Below, in pieces: positions 1-12,900 of a stretch of DNA of 64,000 bases (the stretch's first letter is position 1; every line of letters begins with the position of its first letter). The notes under the pieces are model-generated. The model did not search any database. It was given only the letters and a program-made list of their open reading frames with translations, and was not told the origin of the DNA. The stretch spans positions 62,001 through 126,000 of the forward strand of contig JYFJ02000715.1 in NCBI GenBank assembly GCA_000934665.2, in the 5' to 3' direction. This DNA comes from Catajapyx aquilonaris. Its lineage: Eukaryota. The position numbers and the translations under genes are program-made.

Positions 1-3000
1 TTTTTTTTCCTTCTTTTTTTTCGGAGAGGTGGAGCAGAAATGAGCGATTTTTGGATGGGGGGGATCCCGCATTAAATCATGTGCACACGTAAGACTTACT
101 GTTCCCGGATAATTGCAGCTTCGGCAGTCGTTTTCCACCTGTTGGCCACGTATTGATCCAGTGGAGGAGAGGCTGGAGAACATACCAATTTCTCGGAGAC
201 CAAATCTCGGCGCTTTAATCGGGGGGGCTGGGACATAGTTGGAAGAGGCAGAGATTCGCTGTACCCATCCAGAGAAGTACGGATATGAATTTATAGCTGT
301 TTATCTTGGAAACGTTGTACAACAGTGGACAACTTTATTTCAGAAGCCCACCATGTGTACCTGCTGATAAGTGAGCTGGAAACGAGGCCCAAACTAGACA
401 CCGAAAAATATCAACACTTTTGCACACCACTGATTGTTAAAAGTGTGGCCATTGCACATGAAATTGGAGAGGTTTCCAAAAATAATTTCACGGCTTGTCG
501 TTTCCAGCAGCCCAACAACTCGTGTGGATATTTTTAACGTTTATGATGACTGACACAAACTTCCTGAACTTCTAAAGACATATCTTGGCACCATGTAATT
601 ACGCACCATGTAGATAACATATTATTTGGGAGTCCTCAATAGACTGGTGCGGTGAAATCCAGGTTAACAAAAGGGCCCGCCTGCTTAGTCAGTCTACTCA
701 GGGTGCTTTTAGGTGTTGATCAGAACCACTCAGGTGCGAGATGGAGAATTCCTCAGGGCATTTATAGCCCTCCTTTGAAGGAACTGTTAGGGCCACATCG
801 CGTCACGAACACCCGGGATTGGCTTGATATGTATTAATTCTACCACGATTTCTCCATCAGGAATTTGTCTCATTGTGAATATACGTTTTTACCAATGACA
901 GTGTATTAAAGAGTTCCTTTAGTACAAAGCAGGTACTGTAGCAGCACTTGCGGTAATAGCAGCGAGCCAAAAACTATTTCATCAAATTGCGGGTAACCAG
1001 GCTGCTAAACAGGAACCGGGGGAGGTCCTCCATCAAAACGGTATAGATACTTAAACTTCCTCTTCCTCCTGTGAAATTTTAGCGGGCAGAGGGGCAGCAC
1101 ATATTTCCATCAGGTCACTTCTGGGGATTCATCCCGGAAGTGTCAAACCTAATTTCCCCTCCCATCTCCTCTGTGGTCGCCTCTGAGTTTATTTTCCTCT
1201 TCTATATATACCCCATGCATCAGCTCAACTCTTGCTTTTCCAGAGTTGGAGGGGGGGATATATTATGGGAAGAGGAAAAGGAGCAACAACAGTCCTTTTC
1301 CTCAGAATATTGCGAGTCCTGCTGACCAGACTCATTAGCCTTTGCTTCGCTTTTAAAACTAGTCAGGTTTCCGCCTACGACCTCATCATTCTTTGTAAAG
1401 CTTGGAGATAATTTAATTCCGGTTCCATGTTCCCTGCCTCTCTCCCTCTCTCCATATTCGCCAAAGATGAAGTTTGGCGTTTTCAGTGGCAAGAAACCCC
1501 ACAGATATACGTGCCTTCTCGCACAGTTGCAATATTGGGAGAACATATTGGAAAATTTTGCTCTATAGAATACATGTATTAAAGTTGCAAATAATTAATT
1601 TGTGAGTAACAAAAAAATATGGCAGGACAAACAGACTATATTTTCTGTAGACGGTAGATGGAGAAACCGTGACTGGGTGTAACTCATCGGTATATAATAT
1701 TCGAGATCATGCTCCGGCAGAAATGCATTCCGATAAAACTGAAACCGAAGAGACCCATTCTTTGTGGACTAATGTACTTCCACCTCTCCTGCTCTCCCTC
1801 TCTTCTTTTGTCTGTTCTGAATCCAACTCCATTATCCACTTGCTTGTTAGAAGAGGAGGCCTTCGTTCTGAAGAGCAGAAGGAGAGAGAAGAAAAAAAAG
1901 GAGAGAGCAAAGGTCGAAGGTGCAGGGCGTCACCATCCAGGCCTAAAATCCCATCCCCAAAGTGCCTCTTTTCCTCTTTTTTCTTCTTCTCTGTATCACT
2001 CTCAGAGATCGGACAGTTCTGGAGACAACAAAAAAGGTCCACAGCAGATTTACAAGGACATGCCTTCTTCTATTATTACATTCTCACATGTCCTCCCTGG
2101 CAACCGTGGTTGCTCGGTAACTTAAGATGGTGCCTCGAATATCCTTTAGTAGGTTGAATCTGTAGGTGTGTCTCAAAACATCAGAATAAAAGTGACACCT
2201 TCATCTATATTTGCTAAAATATTTTTTGTCCTTTATTGGCTGACTGTCTCGCGTGACCAGGAGAATAGTTAAGTGCCATGAAAATTCTCTTTTAATAGTC
2301 CACATATACATGCTTGGCTTCCTGGCATTTACGCAATGTTATGCTAATGTTATAGATGCAGAAAAAAAACCCCCGGATATTAGCGTAATAGCCGACTGGT
2401 AGAATTTTTGCGTAAGCCCGACAGTGGTTTTGCCTTGGGGAGGTTTCCGGGCATTCAGAATGTCCCGCAGGATTTAAACTCGTCACCCTCTCGAAACCCT
2501 TGCTGGGGAAAAAAATGTTGTTTTCCAGGGTATTAGTTAATTATCAGCGGTGTATAAAGGCCCTAATAACTGCGGGGCTAGTTCGTTATAAAATATTTTT
2601 TTGCGAACCTTTCATAATCAAAACACTGTTATCTATGTAGCGGGGGGCAAAGGTTTGGTAAATTCCGCTCCCTTTTTTTCAAATTTCCTCATTCTGGGTG
2701 AGCAAACCACAGTCATGCGATACCTGGAGGACATCATATTCAAATATTCCGGATGCCCTGATGTGTTGTAAAAAAAAACCCAACCGGACACCCTTTTTTG
2801 CACGCCCTTTTATTTTGAGGGCTTACAATAGAAGCCTCGTTCCACGTTAGCCCAATTTATAATTAGACGAAAATCAATCGTAAAATTTAACTGCGGATTG
2901 CATAATATGGGAGAAGCCACATTTGCAAAATATTAGTTTGCAACGCTACATAAATGTCTGAAAACAGTGACAAGAATAACAAGATCACTCTTATTTCATT

Positions 3001-6000
3001 GAAATATTTACCTACAATTTTCATCAGTTTTATTGCAAAAGAATTGGCACGGTGTTGTGATTTTCACTCTATAGTGCGTCGAATTTGAACAGTGCAATTT
3101 TTCCTGTCACTCCCCTTTATTCAATTATATCTCAGTTGCAGTGCTTCTGAACAAAACCTTTTATTACGCAGGCGCCCTTCCTAGTAGTTTCTGGTCAACA
3201 GATGGGGTTTCTGGCAATCTACCGGACGCGAAATGACCAAAGTGACTTGGCAAACAATAGGGCTTCCGCGAAACTGCCTTTCACATGCGGTTGCTAGGAT
3301 ATGTCCCCCCCCCCATGAGATCTAATTTTGCACCAGCAGTATCCTGTTGCCTACCGTTTCCTAAAATCACCTGAAAACCCACCTTTGCACACGACCAAAA
3401 CCAAACTTTCTGCAGGCATATGTCACCCCAACCACTGCTTGTAATAATGTCATGGGTCATCATGGACCAGTCCAACTCATACAGAGGGTGTGTTAGATCC
3501 AGCCAAATTAATGCTTCCATTTTTTTTTTGCAGTTGGCAACTAGAGGTGGAAATCAAGGAAGTGGAAGAAGAGCAGGAGGAAAAAAAAACTAGAACGAGG
3601 GAGAGGGAGGGGGAAAAAAATGAGCCCCTGCTGTCTCAGGTAAGTTCATCAGTCTGGGGTAGGGAGATTGGCCGGAGGGAGACCTAAATCAATTTGCACC
3701 CGCATTAAGAAGAAACATCTTAAATTATGCAGGGCTCGGGAGTGGAAGAGAAGCGAGACTGAAAAAAAGGAAGAGTTTTTCTTTTTTTGGTCTAGCGAGA
3801 AAGAGAAGGAAAAGAAGGAGGAAAAATGGAGGTAGAATGTAAGAAAAAAATTCAGGCCACTTCGTAATTACAAGAATCAAGTATTTTTTGGCCAGTAAAC
3901 CTGTGGCACATGCTCCATAATAATAATTACACTATTATAAAAATTGGCCTGATTTTTTTTAACATTCTGCCTCCATTTTTTCCCCCTCCTTCTTCTTCCG
4001 TCTCTTTCTCGCTTTATCACCAATTTTTTTGGTCAGTAAACCTGTGCCACACGTAAAACGTGACCCAAAGAATGCGTGATTCTTGTAATTGCATTCTTGA
4101 GATATAGCTAGGAATATTTCGAAGCTATAGTCCACAATACTGTACAACAAAGCCTCCCCCCCCCCCCTTGCGTTTTTTTGGGTGGTTGAATTCACGAGGT
4201 GGGTTTGATGTAGTATGGTCGAATAATCTGCTTGTTCCGCTCCACTCTCTCCAACTCTTCTTCCGCCAGACTGCAAGTCCCACTAATTTCATCCTAAAGT
4301 GAGACCCAATATAACGAACTGCACTTTGAGTAATGAAAAATGGCACCCAATTAAAGGACTGCGAGGAGGAAAAAAGGGGAAGGGGTGGATGAGGGTTAAC
4401 TCATTTCATTTTGGAGAGTGGGCGTGTCACTCAGGTAACAGAGATTTTTTAGAGTTCAGCAACCGTTGTTCTTTGCACACACACATATGTGGACTCTCCT
4501 ACTACACGATCCAACCCCCCCTTTTTCACCAGAGAGAGCTCTGTGAAAAGGCGCACTGAATTTAATGAGGATTTGATGTTTTGCAAAAGCCAAACGATTC
4601 TCTCTGCCGTGTAAACAGAGAATGCTTTAATTACGGGGTCGACATCACGCCTGGGCGAGAATTAGAACCTTGGCTCGTTGCAATTTATTTGGGAAGCTGG
4701 TACCTCGGCTTGTTCATTTGGCGGCAGGGGAAATGAGTGCCGGCGACGCCACCGACGCTCAGCAAACCCTATATTGTACCTACACACATGAAAAGTGTGG
4801 GCCAAGTCTATATAAAAAAAGAAGAAAATATATAAAAAAAACATACTCCAACAAAATATGCAGTCCGACCTACCTCAAAAGGGAATGACTCATGAGATGA
4901 ATAGGACGCTTGAGCAGCATCCATCTATGGATGCTACATTCGCTCGTACAACTCACCAACCTATATAGAGTGAGTGGGGAGGAAAAAAAAACTTGAGAAT
5001 CAACAGGTTTTTGGGAGAGTGAAAATACCAGGGATTGGCTCCGCTCCAAAAGCTTGGGTTTGAAACTTTCTGGTCAGCAAACCAGACTTTGTGCACATGT
5101 AATTAACCCCCCGACACCCAAAGGCATATCCCTCGTGGGGTAGATGCCTATAGGGGAAGGGGGAAGGGGGGGGGGTAAAACAGCAGCAGTCAGCCAATAA
5201 GCTCGGACCTTATGCTATATTGATCCGGATCGACAATTGGGTTAATTGGATTAAAAAAGATGCCGTGCTAAAAGGGCTGGATGAATGATGAGGTACGGAG
5301 AGGGAGGGATAAATCCTTTTTACACTCAATTTCATAATTGATAAGTCTTGGGAAAAAGAGCGGGTGGGGGGTTTTGCAGTAGAAAAAAAAAGAGAGCGAG
5401 CCCATTCGTAATTTATTGATTACTCGCTCCGTAATTAACGGCTTAAAAACTATAGAACCAGTTAAGTCATCCAGTGCGGTTAAGTTTCCGTGACATGTAC
5501 TCTCAGGAACGCAAGTTTTGACAAAAACCAAATGGACAAGAAGCATTGAAATATTAATTCTCATTCATTGATAACAAGAGCAGAATTTTCATTCAAAACA
5601 TTCATTCTCTGTCATTGATCCAGGAGAACTTGAAGGTGCTGCACGTTAGGAATTTCACCGTTCAAATTTTAAATTTTATTCTTGTCTCCTGCGCACTTCT
5701 CTTCAAACAATGTACCCGCATTGATCTGGGCGCCTTAGGGAGAGAAGCAGAAAGCGGTAGGATTACGAGCAGGGACTAATTGTTTACCTCCGCCTCCTTC
5801 CAAACTATAGCTCTATTTTGAGAGGAGAGCAGCGCCAATCAAATTCACCGGCTGATCCCATATAGTCAGCTTCAAGTGCTGGGATTCGACCCCTCACACC
5901 CCTTTTCTCCATATGGCCGTCCTAATATTAGCGGTCGACAAGTGGAATCCGACAGATGACCCCCTTCCAAACGCTGCCTCGAAAATGAAAGGAAACGAAA

Positions 6001-6108
6001 AATAATTGGGAGGAGAGTTCATCCTGGCGTGTTGTTAACCCTTACGACACTATTGAACAACTGGGATGCCTGGAATACAGGGGGTTGTTGCCCGCAATCG
6101 TATATGAA

Positions 6109-6956
6109 CACGTGCAAAAATTATTGAAGAAAAAAAAGGTCGTAGCTCTCGCACGTGTCATAAGACCTGAAATGCAAAAAAAGGATTGCGTTGGAATCAT
6201 TTCAAAATGATTAATGCACACAGTATGAATTTTGAATTACACATGCTCTCATCGATTATCCGGGCTAATGGCCGCACGGGTGTCGCCGGATAATCAGAAA
6301 ACTGTTTTGTCAACTTTGTCGAAATTTTCTGCAGATTTCCCTACGGTAGGTTGCAGGTCATCTTAACAATTCGTGACACATCATCAGCTCATGTTACGCC
6401 GTGTGATGCAGTACATGACAGATTTGACCGCTCCAGGGTGCGTAAAATGGGCCACTCTACCTCCCCATCTCACCACCACCACCACCATCACCATCCCCAT
6501 GAACATATCCGCGACTCGCGCACACGTGAGTCGGTCACATCGGCGCGATGGGTGCCGCACGGCGCGCGTCTCTTCCGCACTTGGGCGTCGGCACCATCAG
6601 GCCAAAGAAGAGAGGAACCAGGGGTGGGGGAGGAGGAGGAGGAAAAGGACCAGAGAGACATGGAGGAGGGTATAGGGAAGGGGGGGGGGGGGCAAAACCC
6701 CAGGCGCGCAGGTCTCTACTGATCGATCCCCCGGAAAAATAATAAGCGGCACCGATCTTGCCACCCATCTACCTGGGGCCTCCCAGCAGCAGCCAGAGAA
6801 AGAGTCGACGGCGACGGCGACACAACCACCGCTCTACCAACGTCCCATCATCATCAATCATCAATCATCAAGTCTTCCCAACAACATACCAACAAGCACA
6901 CACAATCGGGTGATCACATGTGTAGTGTCACGTGCTTCTCATCCGGAATCGACCAG
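6109..6956 (+). promoter_or_regulatory. Candidate CpG-rich promoter and first exon, possibly of the mir-981 primary transcript
   Basis: CG-rich segment (cgcgcacacgtgagtcggtcacatcggcgcgatgggtgccgcacggcgcgcg) with CACGTG E-boxes at 6109, 6152, 6523 and 6929. A C/A-rich UTR-like stretch (~6780-6956) ends in the donor CCAG|gtgaga at 6956/6957. No long ORF. Confidence 0.4.
6471..6494. repeat. (CAC/CAT)n trinucleotide microsatellite
   Basis: caccaccaccaccaccatcaccat seen directly; explains the poly-His/poly-Thr ORFs. Confidence 0.8.
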
Positions 6957-9900
6957 GTGAGAGTATTTTTTTTAATTATTAAAAAAAATCCCGTATTGTT
7001 GAGATTAATTTGGGGGGTCCGGTTCAGAGCACCACTTAGATGAAGAAGTGGGTTTCCGAGTGATTTAGTAGGCGGTTTACCTCCTCGGTGTCAGTCCCAA
7101 ACATTAATTAACGCCCCACCCCTCCCGTTTTCCCTTCCTTCCCCAAGCTACCGGGTTTAATTAGTACTTGTGATGGCTATTATCCCACCTTACAAGTGCC
7201 ACGCACTTCCACGGTATAGTGCGCTCTTCAAACTTTTTTTTAAAAAAATATCTGGAGCGCACTCATACATTGCGTGCACATCTATGATCCATTGATGGAG
7301 ATAAAAAACCGAGATGAATACATAGATAAAATGTAGACTAAAAACGTGCCATGTTGTTGCATAATTGGACGGTGTTATGCAATAATGAGTCAACCCACAG
7401 TTTTAAGAAAAAAATGGTATTTTCGGTCATTTATGGCAGAAGTATGCAGCTTGATTTACGATCATTTGAGCTCCCCCTGGGCTTAACTTAATTTCGACAT
7501 TTTTTGTGGGTTGACACTTTATTGCATAACATCGTCCAATTAGTGCAACAAAAATGCATTAAAATTACGCCAATAGTGCAAGCGAACAACATTGTATTTT
7601 CTTTGTGGAGTTCAAACTAAAGAAAAAATTGGACCCGGAAAAAACCTTCGCTCGCACTGAGAGACCACGTGTGCATATTTGAGCCGAATCCTGCTCACTT
7701 CCCGTCCCAGTGTTGAAAATATGTGCGTGTATGGGCATGGGGGAGGACGCATTTCAATTTCCCTAGCGAGGGGCTGGCAATTTCCTTCGCATTGCAGAAC
7801 GTAACAATGCCGGGCGGCATTAAGAAGTTGGCGATAATTTAAAGCGCCAGGGCTACGTTAGATTTGGCCTCATTACTGCTCGACGCTCGTTTTAATTAAA
7901 GTCGAACTAACGGGGGGGGGGGTGGCAAAAGGAGGGGGGGTGGAGGGAAACAAAATATCGCCTTTCGACATCTCTGCCGAATCAAATAATGGCGACGAGT
8001 TTTGACACGGTTTCGAGTTAAAATAGGCAGCGACTATAGTAATTTTTTTGTTGTTGCACACTTTCCACTCCGTTGGACATTGTAACCTGTTGCACAACAG
8101 AAGCTGAAAGTGGCGCAGAAACTACAATCAATACAACCAGTTCAATAAGTTTTTTTTTTGACGTGAACAATGGCTTATTTTTTTATGTGTGCCCGTTGGC
8201 TTTTAACCTGATTACAGTAATACGCAAAATACGATCGAAGAATCTAGTCAAAAACTTTGAGTTAAAAGGCGGGAGTCATTTCGAGGGCACATCATTATAC
8301 GGACGTTTATTACGTTGCTGGCTATGGACAGAGGGGGACGAGGCAGCCTCCCACTTTCGAATTACAGATTCATAATTCCCCCCTTTTTATGCGAGCGAAA
8401 AGAAATGCGGGTAATTCGCCGGAAAACGCCCCGTAAAAATGCCATCACACTGCAAAATTCCTCAATTACTTTTGGCAATGAAATCAATTCTTGGAATTGC
8501 TGGCATTAATGCAGTTATATGGTCTCTCTCGCTCTCTTTTTCATATATACTATTTTTTTTCTTTCTCTCTACAATTCCAACCCCCCTCCCCCCGTCAGGG
8601 AGGTGGGTGGTTGGGTGGGGAGAAGCAAAAGCGTCAATCGAACATCCACGTCAGCAGCCTCAATTGCCCTTCCCCAAAGTGCTGTCGCAGTCAATTCGCC
8701 CACAAAATACTGGGAGGTGGTTTTAAAAAAAAAGTGAGAGAGAAAAGCGGACATTTCAGGCGACTTGACACTTTTCGAAAAAATTGTTCCGATTTTTGTA
8801 ACTAGTCAACTAGGTACCGGAAATGTACTGTAAGTGTAAGACATAATTTTAATGGAATATTTGTTCAGATTTGCAAAAAAAAAATGTAGCCAGAAAAATA
8901 TTTGAAGGTCACATTTTCCTGACTTGAAGGAAAAGCAAAGGCATATTAGAGGCAGAAAAATGCATTGTTGTCCATAGTGAAAATTTGCACATCAGAAAGG
9001 TATTATACTGAGCTCTGTTTCTGTCACTTTTTTGTGTGTCTTTTTACCTTGCACAGTCGAAGTAGAGCAGGAGGTAAAAGGGTGTGAATGATGACAAACG
9101 ACTGTTGGAGCGAGGACACTGTAAGACTTATATCTCCCCCATTCACGGTTAGTTTATATTAATTCTTTCCAAGTTCCAGGCGGGCGGTTTTCGGGAGAGA
9201 ACTGCTCCCGAGAGACTCGTAGATAAGGTGGGATACGAGCATATTGTGAGTAGAGGAAGAGGAGCGAAAAAAAAACTAGAAAATTTCTTGGAATATATAT
9301 ATTTTTTTCTTTTCGAAAAAGTCTCACTCTTTGAAGAAGAAGAAAAAAGTAGGCAAGATTTAGGATGACTTGTATTAGCATTTCCGGAGTTTACACAAGG
9401 ATGGTAAAGGGATGCGCCTGGAGACTTTAAAGCCGTCTCTTGAGGGTTTGAGAGAGGAAGTAAGGTGCTGGAAAAAGGAAAAGTTTGTGCTATAGACTAC
9501 ATTTTCGCCACAATGTCTAGAGTCAACATTGGACCAAAAGTTTGCTGCGGGCTACCCCCCTCCTCGATACGTTTGCATTAGTCGAAAAGTTGTTACCCGG
9601 ATATAAAGATTTGCATAAGGAAACGACGATTATTACTTCCGGGATAAGTTTTTTTTATCTCTGATTTGTATCACGGTGTGATATATATTTGGAAAATCAC
9701 ACAGTACGCTCGTATAGGTTACCATTATTTTCTTATTATTATATAATATAATCCAAGCTTGTGCTGTATACACTTTGTAGCAGGATACAGGACGTCATTA
9801 TTGTGTCCGCTGAGCTTCGTCGTTGACAACACCTCTGGTCCCGAGTGTGCAGTGGGGAACAATTAGGTTCAATTTCGTATTCATTACGGGCGTGTCATTT

Positions 9901-12900
9901 CATAAATCGTCTCTGGTGACAAACAAGGAAGCGGATGTCCTTTCCCGGATTGCGAGTAAGCAAGGGGGGGATTTATTAACCCAGGCAAGAAGGGCGCTTT
10001 AACAAAAGCAATCAGCGAGGTAATGGATGTGACGGAAGTTTGCAGATTGGCAATATCTCTGGCTCACCCCCATGGCGGATGTCTATAATTATGCACCCTC
10101 CTTTGAACTGTATCAAAAATTCAAGCAAAGTCGTTAAAAGTTGGGTTGGAAAAAGTGAGCTTCTTTTGGGGGTGCGAGTGACGAACTTTTTTTTCCCTCC
10201 TTTTTTTTCTGGAGCAATGACTTGCAAGAGGCCATCGGAATATCTGAATCGGTTCTTTATCGAGTCTTCCGATGACTGTAATCGACCACTGAGGAGGAAT
10301 GAAAAAAGAAGTGAGGAGTTAAAAAAACACGCCAGTTTGGTGTCTGACAGATACTTCGAATGTGAGGAAAAAGGAGGAAAAAAAGTTGGGATATTGAGTT
10401 TTTTTCATACCGGTTGCAAAGTCGCAAAAATTATAATGATCACAGTAATGGTTTTAAAATTATGGAAGTTGCTGATTGCTGTAATTTTTTAAAAATATGA
10501 CATGTCAGCTTTTTTGCGACATTGTATCATCATGTCTGGAAAAAAATACAGTAAAACATGCATAAATCCGGATTGGATTCTGTAGACTATTTTTGCACTC
10601 AACAGGTTACCGTACACTATAGCTAACAATAATTTGCTTCAATTTCTTAATATTAATTTTTATGATATTTATCAGAAGCACCCACGGTATAAGAAAATGC
10701 AGATAAATTGACACACAATCTTTCTTTACATCCAAATGGTGAAGTCAATTTTTTCTTAACTTTCCCCTTGATGCTGTGGCTCGATAAAGATAAATTGAGC
10801 GCAAGATTTATAACCAGTGTTTATTTGAGCGGAACACTGCATCTGAATTCAAGGTGTTTGGGGGGTCGTTGTGGCGAGCTGTTATTTATGGCATGTTCGG
10901 ATCAACTTGTTGCATAACGCCTGGAAAACGATTGGATAACAGTTTGAATGCTAGCTTACCAGTTTTGCGTGGTATGTTTTAACAAAGAGTCGATGTAAAA
11001 AAAACAGACGTTATTTTTAGCTGGGTTCACCTTTTTATATTGGGTGCCAGACACCTATTTGTTTGGAATTTGCGAAGCTTATCTGGTCGAAAAATTCCCC
11101 TTTGCGTCCATATACCCAGTCAGGCAAGCAGTGTGGGAAATTCCAAAGCAGACGAGGCCCGGACTTCCTGTCAGGGTGTGTACTTTCATAATTTATAAAC
11201 ACCAAAAATGGTGGAGCCAGGACCTCATTTTAAACCAGAATATTCCAGCCATGTGTGCAAAAAAAAATCTGCACAAACACTGGAGCTGGTTCATTAAATC
11301 ATGGCAACCAAATACTGCCAAAGTAGGTTCGGATTTATGATTTATGAAGCTTTTTTAAATGTTTTTCTATACATTCTCCTGCGGCTTGTTCTTGGACTGT
11401 TCGTGTGTTCCGTGGCCAACACCAGATGATGTAAATAGAATTTGTCGCCAATCTGTCGATGCAGGTGGAGCATAGGGCTGTTAGTGTTCCCCGGCACTTT
11501 CCCCGCGAGCCATTTTCGGCGTTAATGATTATCCCCCTCCACCTCTAACCCCTCCCCATCCAGCAGTAGCAGCACTATTTTAGCAGCATCCCAGCAGCCT
11601 CGCCGAGCATCACTCCGAGCGAGAGGCATCATTTCACGCACTGATGCCAAAGCTTATTCCCAAAATATTTTTGTTATTAATATCCCCCCTCACAACCCCC
11701 CTACACACACCCTCGGGTGGGTCATATTCACACTTTCCCAGCTTCACCGCCTGACAAAATTGAATCCAACATTTGCCTGCTGCCCACAGGTCACACCTGG
11801 CAAAAAATAAATAAATTTGGTGACACCCTTCAAAAGAAAGGAGTGTCCTGGTTGTGTCAACATTCACCCCCGCTTTCAAGTTGAACTCCTCTCCACTATC
11901 CCTCTGGCAAACCCCGGACGCAAGTTGCGGCTTTAATTGCAGTTAATTAAAAAGCTGAATGACGAGGTCAGGCAACGAGAGGTCGTTTGCAAGGGAATGG
12001 ATTGAGAGGGGAAAGGGGGTGTGTGGATTGGGTTGGTTAGAGGGGGGGGAGCCTACTCCAAGCTGGCACTTCCTATCCCCAGGATAACTAATGGATGCCC
12101 CGTGGAGAGCTGGCCTGCAGATTAGTATCCCTGTCCTCCACCACACCAAAAGGATGTCTTTCAAATGCCCATCGATAACTGAACAAGTGTGATGGCCCAC
12201 GCAAATGAATTAGCACTGAATGGACCGTGATTAGGCGCCTAATTAGGCTGCGATTTATATGACCAATTGGCGCATAGTTGCACACTACTGCCGCTCTCAG
12301 GGGGAAATAAGTACTACATGCACGTTGGTGATGAGTCACTGCCCGGACAGAGCCTATAAAGTGCTTGGCAACATCTACACAATGCATAATGCTCATTACA
12401 TTTTGGAACTGCAAACAGCTGAAGTTTTCAAACATTAGCAAAAAAATGTGTGTAATTTTTTTATCACGGGTTGAATGGCCTGCAAGTACTTGCAATTTGC
12501 AGAATTCTGTGGGTTAAAATTGTGTTACAGTAGTTTCGAGGGCTTCCTGAATTCCGGTCTGTGCACTTGGCATATTTTACATGGTCTTTCAACATTTTGT
12601 GCGGGGGGGGAAAAAAAAACCAACACCGAAACAAGCTTTTACAATGTGATACACTGCAGCACATCGCATAAGTTCAGTAGCCTATTGTTGAATAATTGAG
12701 TTATTCAGATAGTAACCTCAACATGCTGTAATGGGAACGTGTGAAGTTGACAAGCACCATAATATATTTTTTCTGATAATTTCGCAACAATGGCGACTGT
12801 TGATGCGGTTCCATCTGTCAATCGTGGCTTCCACATATAAGACTGGAATTGTCAGCGGTTGCTCCATCATCTCTCTATAGATTCTGGGATAAATCGTCCT

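Noticed and set aside
6351..6768. His-, Gly- and Pro-rich ORFs resembling transcription-factor low-complexity regions
   Set aside because: Arise from (CAC)n and G-runs in all frames; no domain and no compatible downstream coding exon found.
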